Source of the DNA: a virus
Taxonomy: Duplodnaviria > Caudoviricetes
Virus record (IMG/VR): IMGVR_UViG_3300027563_000011
Coordinates: 1 to 47,590 of that record
Length of the DNA: 47,590 bases
Strand: one strand, 5' to 3'
The notes below the pieces were generated by a model. It was not told where the DNA came from. It saw only the letters and a program-made list of their open reading frames with translations, and searched no databases. The position numbers and the translations under genes are program-made. Shown in pieces: positions 6,445 to 15,400 of this stretch (positions are counted from its first letter, which is position 1; every line of letters begins with the position of its first letter).

Positions 6445-9400
6445 ATCAACCATTCGTTTGACCGCCATATTCTTGGCGTATTCAGTAGCCGAAGAGGTCA
6501 CTTTCTTAACAATCTCTTGAGCAACAAACGAAGAAGATTCCTTTAGTTGCTGAACCATCTCGGGCGTATTCAATATTTGGTTCAACATTGTTCCCCGATC
6601 CACTTTGTATTGGTAGTATTGATCCTCTTCCATAGGGATCATACCTAACAAAAGCTCTCTCCTCGGGGGGTTAGGGAAAGCGTTCTTCGAAGCCAATGTG
6701 TCTACAAGCGGATCTGGCTTCCTAGCTGTTGCGATACGGGAAGTAATCGGAATTTTGTTACCGAGCATATCTACATCAGGTTTCCCATAAAGCTCCCGGA
6801 GGACTGGGGTATTCGCAATAAAGATGCCATTCATTAGCCCATTTCTTGCTGTCCTCTTATCCATATCCGTTTCGACCCCAAACACGTTAAGGATCTTGGG
6901 TATGATCTTCTGGTCGATATCCCGAATAATATTTGGAATAAGCAAGGAACTCCCAAGACGCCCAGCAAATGCTAGAGCTCTTGCCTTTGCCTGCTCTGGT
7001 TGCGAGCTGTCTGTGCTCTTGAATAAGTCGGACAAACCTGAAAGGAACAACATATCGAAGGGAACAAGGATGGCTCTCATACTTACTGCTGATGCCGTGT
7101 TAAACAAAGCCTTTGCCCCTGTTTTCTTGTAATGGTGGTTGTCTGTAATTTCACCCAAGAAAGCAAGCGGGATCGCCAAAGGAGTAGGCAAGTAGCTGAT
7201 GTAAGCGTTTCCAACCTTAATGCTCCAAGGTTTCCAACCAGTCTTAGATAAGGCCAGCTTAGCGGCCGGATCATCTGGCCCAGATCCGTTAATCCTCCAC
7301 CAGGCTTTTTCATAATCCTTGTCGTACCCGAAAGCTTGAAGGCCAGCCGCTAGGGTCAAGAACAGCAAACCAGCCAATGCCCTTCCCCTAATCATTTCAC
7401 GCTCAGCGCCTTTGACATCATCCCATTTACCAAGCCTACGCCCAATGAGCTTCTCTGTTGGGAGTCCGTAGTATCTGATCAAGCCTGGGACTACGCCCAT
7501 ATCAAGGGACATATTCCAAACATTTCCAACGATTCTTGTAAAAGGAATTACAAATCGTGTTTCTGGTTGTTTGGCGGCCAAAACATTCAAAGAGTGAATT
7601 ACGTTACCCAAGAAGCCTTTTGGTTCTTGTTGGAAAGTATTGGTCAAAGCCGACAAGACAGATTCGTTAAGTAACTCTTGCGTGTCGACGTTACGGCTTT
7701 CGCCAGACTCGGTCTTGTTTTGCCCAAGCTGTTGATCAAGGATCTCAAAGGTTCTCAGCTTAAATTCTTTTGTTCCCGGCTTTAATCCTTCCAATATGGC
7801 GTCACTCTGGGCGCTCTTCATCGAGTTGCTGTCACGGAGAGCGGAAGCTAAGGCCTGGGCAGAAGCGTCTTTGGGGCTTAACCCAAGCTCTAGTGCCTTG
7901 TTGTAGGCGTATTTGTAGAGATAATACTCCTTGTTCATATTGTAAAACAAGGAGTCCACAGCCGACATAAACCTTGAAACGGTTGTCGAGTAAGTTCCTA
8001 GTTTTTGGGGCAATCCTTTTGCCCGCTCTCTTAGCACTTCCCCAGTATCGGTTGCCTTTAAACTGCTTATGCTTAGTTGAACTTGTTTAGTCCAAGAAGT
8101 ACCCGTCCCCATAATGTTGAGGAAATCTGCCCATCCGACTTGGATTCCACGAAGAAGTGCGGATCTCTTCTCTGCCCCCGCGTTTCCAGTTAGAGAAGAA
8201 TGGATAAGCTCTGGCATTAGGACGCAGAAAGCCGTCGAGGCATTGCCGTACAAGTTGGCAAGCTGGGTGTCGTATCCCGACAAGATAGACGAATACCACC
8301 AGGTTAGCGTGAAATCCCACTTGTTCATTTCCGTCTTTTCGTAGATCGCTCGCATTGCTTTTTGGTAATAAACGTTTCTTTGGTAACCTTCTGGCTTGGT
8401 CTCTGCTTCCTCGGCAAGGTTGTATACTTCTTCAGCAAGTTTGGGATCGGTAAGACCTTCTTGTTCCGCAAATTGAGACCAAAGATTTATATTATCTTTA
8501 TCCATCAGCCCCAACGACGTGGCTTTAACAAGGCGGTCTAGAAATCTTTTTAGGCTAGGCTCAAGTCGCTTATCGGCTTGGCTCTTGATCAGGTTGGTAA
8601 GTGCTTTGTTTGCTTCTGTTCTTACGAGCTCCTCAATCCTCTTTGCAATTGCCGTCTCAAGCTTCTCAGCAATAGTCGGAGTGACACCTACTTCTGATGT
8701 CGATTCGGTATTAGCACCTTGAGCTTGGAGCAGATCGGCCTCGGTTGTCTTGTTAAATACCTCACCCAAATTAGCTTGTTCAATAAAGAGTTTAGCTAGG
8801 TCCGATGCCTGTTTCTGCATCGTATTCTTCCTAAAGTGTTCGCGTATCAGAGTCTTGAGGTCGATATCCGAGGCCTTAAGAAGGGTTTTGATTTGGGGAA
8901 GCGTGAACGGCTGGTCTAAGGCTGTCTTCAAATAGTCGTTGAATATCGGGGCAAGCTTGGGGTTTGCCGCAACCTCTTCTCGAACAGAGTCTTTAATTTG
9001 CGACCAAGCTTGTAAGGCTTTCGGCCAGAGAGCCAGTAGGTCGGACATTCTAGAGATCGTCTTTGCTTTCTGTTTTAGTTTAATGAGATCTTCGATCTGC
9101 TCATTGGATGCGTTCTCGTTCTCTGGGTTGCCTTCGACTTCGACATCTTTAATTGCTTTCCCCTGTTCCTTGGAAAGATTGTCGATCATCCCCTTAATCC
9201 GGCGAAGAGCCGCGGTAGCCTCCTGATTGATCGTCTTAGGCTTGTTGGGGCTACCCGCCACCGTTGCAGCACCACCTTCTCCCTCGACGACTCCTTCGCC
9301 CTCCTGTGGCTCCAACTCCGCAAGACGTTCGGCGACACTATCCGTCATACGTTTGGCAACGCTGTCGGAGAATTGTTGCCACAACGTCATAGTTGTCTTG

Positions 9401-12400
9401 GCGGCAATCTTCCTGTTATTGGACTTGGAGAGATTTGTGGCCTTATTAATAACCTGCTCCAAATCCTTCAAGACCTTCTCTAATGCGTCTTGGGCAAGCG
9501 GGTTGAGTTTGTCTTGAGCCTTCTTAATAAATTCTTTGAAGCTCTCCCTCATTAATGCGTCGCGCTTACGAGCCTTCTTGTAGTAAAGAGCCTCCATACC
9601 TTCGGGTCCAAGAAGCGAAATGAACTGGTACGCCCGCAAGGCACGAGCGGTATTCGTGCTCTTCTCTAAGAACTGATCGAGGAACGCCGCCATCTCCGCT
9701 GCGGCCTCTGGCCTTGTCTTGGCTTCTTCTCTGTACCCTTTGATTACCAGCATACCCAAGGCCTCTTGTGCCCCCGCTTGGATCGGTTCGCCCTCATCAT
9801 CCATCAAGCTTGCCAAGGCACTTTTCTCTAGGCCGTGCTTGTCAAAGTACGTCTTTGCCTCTTCGAGCGTGACTGAATCTGGGAGGGTTTCGTAGTTCTT
9901 CTTCTTGAGAAGACCCATAACGTCTTTTGAAACATACTTCTCAAGCTTTACCCCAAACCTCCTAGGCCGAACTTCAGCCGCACCGAGGATGTCGTTAACT
10001 GGGTAGGCTCGATCGGATGTTGCGGAAGGAGCTGTTCTCCGCTGGAAAATGAAAGTATTGGGCTGACCCTTAAACTTAATCTTTGCAATGTTGTGGCGGT
10101 TTAGAGCCGAATCAGAAGCGACCGCGTAGCTAGCCAGAGCTGCGGCTGAGTTGGTCGAATACATCGTCTGCCCCTTGTAGCGAAGAACGTTTCTGCCCGT
10201 GGCTCCGTCTTTGGTGATCAGGGCTTCCAGCTTCTGAGCTAGTTGGCTCTTCTTCATTTCCGCAGGCTCTGGGATTGAGCTGAATCGACCCGAGTTCATT
10301 GCGTTTTTCACACCATCCCGGCGGAAGGCCAAGAAGTTCCAGGCAGAGTTTTCGTTGTACTTAGCCAAAGCTTGTTCGTAGTCGGCTTTTAACTTGGCGT
10401 CTGTCTGATCGGCCATCAGCCTTCGGGCGGCATCAATTGCTAGGCTTGCCTCTGCATCTCTGCCCTCTTTCAACCACACGCCATCGTACCCAAGATCAAT
10501 AATGTTTTTGAGGCTTGGGTATCCGTAGGTCTTGCCCCACATCTTTTTGATCGTTTCCTCGCTTACCCCTTGTTTCCTCAACTCATCAACATCTGGCATA
10601 TTTCTTGGGCCAGTCAGCGATCCGTCTTCTTTCCGATAATCCAACTTCCCTTCGAAAATTTGCCAATCGTGCAGGCCAGATCGGAAAGCAAATTCAACTT
10701 CTGGGTCTGGTGTGTAACCTTGGCCTTTAACCACCTCAAGGAGCCGATCGATATTCTCTGGCGATCTTGGGTCAAAAGGCTTGGTCGATTTGACGTACAT
10801 AGGGATGACCACTTGGCCTTCGAAGTGACCCTCTGGATTATTCTTAGTCGCCCATCGTTCTGCCCACTCCCTCATCGTGGATGTCCAAATACCCTTGAAC
10901 CGATTCATTGCTAACCTTCTGAGGTAAGATGGAGTCTTTATGGCGTTGGTGAGTTCGTCTTTGTAGAGGTCGCTATACCTTTGGAGATACGAGCCAGTGC
11001 CGTGGTACATCAAGGCTGGCTCGCCTGACTCATCCAAGATCTTGCTGGTGGCTCGGCTTTGCGGGGCGTTCTCCCAATCGCCAAACCAAGCCTTAAACAG
11101 CGGGGTTCTTTCGAGGCGATATCTGAACTCGGACTTCGGAACAACCTTCGACCCCATACCCGAAACCATACTTTCCTTACCCGTAGCCTTGTTGATTAGG
11201 TTACCCTTGTTATTTCGAGTTACCTCGACCGCATCCATTTGGCCACGCAGTTTCTCAAAGAACTCTTCCGTTTGCTTCTCCGTAACCCCGGTTACTGGAG
11301 TGATGATATCAACAGCCGAAAGCTGATCAGCCATATATTGGAGACGATTCCCCATGTACTGCTGGAGACGCTGGGGTACTGCGTTTATGATAGCGTCTGC
11401 GTTGAGTACAAGATCGGAAAGCTGGGCGATCAAGTCGTCGGTAGTTAAATTAAGGTACGGGTAGTTTTGTTTAAACACCTTGATAGAATCGTAGTAGAAA
11501 GGCTCGTTTCTTGGCTCTTCCTCAAACGCCTTGGTGTCAAACGTGCCACCGCTGTCCACCCGATAAGTCGTGTAGATCATATCGGTATCGTCACCATCCT
11601 CGTTCGGCGTTTCAGCCATCTGAATAAGCACATTGTCCTGCTTGGTCACGCCGACTGAATCGTAGTTAAATAAGAAAGCGTCGATCAAGAGCCCATCAGC
11701 AATCTGGTCATAGATCTTTTTGATAAGCTCGGGCTTGTTCTGATGTGTCTGTCGAAACTCCTTCAAGCTCTGGCCGTCGGCAAGGTATGCCGCAATTTTG
11801 GCTGGCTTCCCGTCCACCTCGATAAGTTTGGAGTCGGCAACTGGATAGTTGAGGACGCGATATACATTTTCCGCTGCGACCTCGTTCTCAAACTGCTCCC
11901 GGCTTTGGTCGGTCTTGACGATAAACCGATTGCCGTCGACATCTTGGTAAATCGCAACTGGGTGGGATCCGCCAGGAACTTCTCGCTCAAAGGCCAGCTC
12001 GTCAATGCTGTCTGGGAGATTCATCTTCTTCTGGCTTCCGTTACGTTGGTTTGAAAGGAAGCCCCTCCTCGGCATAGCAGGAGCTCCGATAACGTCAGAC
12101 TGCGGTGGCGCGTATACGACCTTGCTCCGAGGCCTACCGCTGATCGAAGTAAGATCCTGAATAAGCTTAACTTCGTCTTCAATCGCGGCTTCAAGAAGTT
12201 TGTCTAGTTGAGTTTTGCTTGGGCTACCCTCGAAATACAGATTGAACCCGTCACCCACCACCCGAAGCCAACCACGTTTCAACATCTCCTCGACTGGCTT
12301 CTCTTGCTGTTCCTTCTTGCTGTAGGTATCGACAAGCCTCCACTCCAATAAGAAAGGATCTTCTGGTTGGTTTTCGTTGAGCCATTCGATGGCTGTCTCG

Positions 12401-15400
12401 GCGTGTGTGCCGATAGCGTTTAAATCAATCAAAGCCTCTTCTGGAACTTCAAGAACTTCTCCATCGTTCTTCATCCAGTAAGGGCGATCGGTCGGGATTG
12501 CCGCACCGATAACCTCACTTCGAGCTGCTTTAGCTTTCTGCCCTAGCTCCTTGAGTTTTGCTTGAATGGCTTCGACGTATTGAGCTTTGTTCCAGGTGGG
12601 TACGTATGTCTTAAACTCTTCGCTCTTTCTTGTCTTCGGGTTGAACCTTACGCCAGTAATCTTTGCCGTCGGTACCTTGATCCCAAGTTCTTTGGCGTAC
12701 TCTTGGAGAAATTCTTTCCTAGCCGTAAATAATCCGCTGTTCTCAACCTCGGGAGTCACGGGAGGCTTCTCAAACTTTGACTCCGTTTTCTTAGGCTCGA
12801 CGTAGGCGTTACCTGCTTTCTCTTGCATCGGCGGGCGTAAAATATTTAAGGACTTCTGCCTAAGTAGGCGGGTCGTGTTAATAAGGTACCGGGCATCGTT
12901 GTCCCTTACACCTACTAGGCGAGCCGCGATGTTGGTGATCGCCTGAATGATTGAATCAATAAAGTCGCTTAGAGATTTCCTCTCAATGTCGTCCATAAAG
13001 GCCGCAAGCTCTTCGGTCGTTATTGTGTTGTCCTCGGTGACGCTCCCAACAGTTTCGTTCTCGACCATCATCCGAATGAATTCAAAGTATTGCTGTTCGT
13101 CGTTTGCAAACTTGCCCTCATCGTTGTTGTAAAGCCGAGCCACTAGCTTCTTGAGCCTGCGATTCTTGTTGAGCAGACGAGCTACTCGCTTGGCCTCGTT
13201 CTTAAGGTGCTGGTCGAAAGTAAGGCCAAGCTGACCCGCTTCTTTCTCAAGCTGTTTAAGATGGACGTTGTGAACTGTCTCGTGCGTCGCAACAGCCATC
13301 AGTTGCCAGTTCACCCATCTCTTAGCTCCCTCCTCCTTGCCGAATTTGCGGATGAGCTGACGTTTCTGGGCAAGCAAAGCCTCTGGGCTTACGTATATAG
13401 AAAGCCCCTGCCTATCACTCTTAAGAACGTAGACTGGGTTATCTGTTTGCCCGACCTTTAGTTCCCCAGGGAATCGGATTGCCCTAAGGGTGTTAAACAA
13501 ATCGTTTAACGCTGCCCGCGCGGCTTTCGATATGTCTAAGTTTTCGAAGCCTGCGTCGACTTTGAGGCTGGGAACATTTCCCGCAGTTGCTGGCTGTTCT
13601 TTGCCCACTCCGGGTTGTCTTCGGCCAGGTCGTGTACGGCTTCCAGAATTCTGGTTGGTTTCGCTTTCGCTCGCAGTAGATCCGACAGATGCGGGTGTCC
13701 CCCGTGATTGTGTATCGCCTGATCCAGATGGTTGCTGAACGCTAGGTTGTTCACGAACTCCTGTGCGTTTGCGTCGTCTGGAAACAGGTTTGCTAGGCTC
13801 GGGCTGTTTAACGATTGGTTCATTTGGTTGTCCTTTCTTAATGTTCTCAAGTCTTTGTTCTACCGAAGCCTCCTCCAAGTTACCCTCTTCAAGAGGGGTA
13901 AGAACCTCGGAAGCAAGTCTGCTCCTTTGCTCTGGTGTAGAGCTGAAGGGGAATTCGATAAGTTTTTCGGCTAAGTATTGATTCTGGGTTACGTTCCTCC
14001 CTCGATCGGCCAACTCTTGAGCCTCGGCCTTGTCTTTCTTAACTTTTTCTTTGGCTTCAGCTTTTTCCTTTGCTCTCGCCCTTGCCTTCTCACCCTCTGG
14101 GGTTAGAGCCATAGAGATCTGGTCGGTCGAGACCCCTATTCCAGAGTTATTTAGCTCCGCGGCAAGCGCCGTTTGAGCCTCTTTAGCCATCTTGGATACG
14201 GCTTTTGCGGAAACCTTTTTCTTGTTCAGCTCGCTTAGGAACTTCGCCAAATCCTCATACGACTGAAGGTTCTTTGTCTCAATACCTGAAGGCGTTGGCC
14301 CACCGCTTAGCTTGTGAACCAACCAATCCAGAATTAGTTTCTGGTCTGGGCCAAGCTTCTCGCGAGCTGGGTTATAGCCGTTTTCACGAAGGATTTTGGA
14401 AGCCCTAGGTTCGTTGGCTCCGCTCTCTGCTCTAGCCTGCTTCGTCTCGCCAGCCGCCTGCTCTTCTTCATCCAACTCCATTTGCGTACGAGCTGGCCTG
14501 TCAGAGGTCTCCGTTTGATCTAGGATCGGAGAGTTACGCATAAGTGCTTGGATGTCGGCACTTCCCCTTGCGTCTTTAGCCGAATCCTCCGCCCAACTCG
14601 CTAGGATTGAGCTAATTGCTTCTGATGTCAGCTCTTCTTCGGTAAAGGTATTCTTCTTTTGAAGGTAGTTGGCAGTCTTTCGGAGAAGGTCATCGAAAAT
14701 GTAGTCATCAACGTTCGGTATGTTTGTGTATCTCTCAGATACCTCTTTTGCAATCCGACGGATGTTTGAGAAAGCCATCTCCTTCCACGACTGCTGGCCT
14801 TCGTTCAGCTTGCTGTCCCGAACAGAGTAGAGCTTTTGCCGAAGGTTCGCTTTCTTCTTCGCTCTCCGCTTCTCGTCGGAGTTCATAGCCTCGAGTGGGT
14901 TTACCTCCGCGGCCATCCCAGGCACGGCATCAATATTCTTCTCTAGCCCAGCTACCTTCCCATACTGCGTCTCGAGAGCTTTGAGGTAATCCCCGCGTTT
15001 CCACCCAGCCTTTTCCTCGATCTTCTGACCCTCAGGTAGTGCCTTGTTTATTTTGCTTAAGGTAGATCGCAAGAAGCGGATCTGGTTCTTATTCTTCTGA
15101 ACCTCCTCCCACTTCGGAAGCGCAGGTTCTTTGACTTTAGGAGCCTCAACCTTTGGTGCTTCAACTTTGGGAGCTTCAACCTTCGTTGCAGTAACTTCTG
15201 GGTATTCTTTTTCGTATAGTTTACGGCCTTCTTCAGCGGCCTTGCGATATTTTCTAGCCTTCCGTAAATCATCTTTTTGTACATCACCCCGTTTTTCTAG
15301 TGCTGTGGCTACTCTCTCGTCTTCTTTTATTGTGCCAGCCATCGCTTTTTTTCTACCTTCAGTTGCTAAAGCTAAAGCTTCTTCTTTTGTGGCGATTCCT

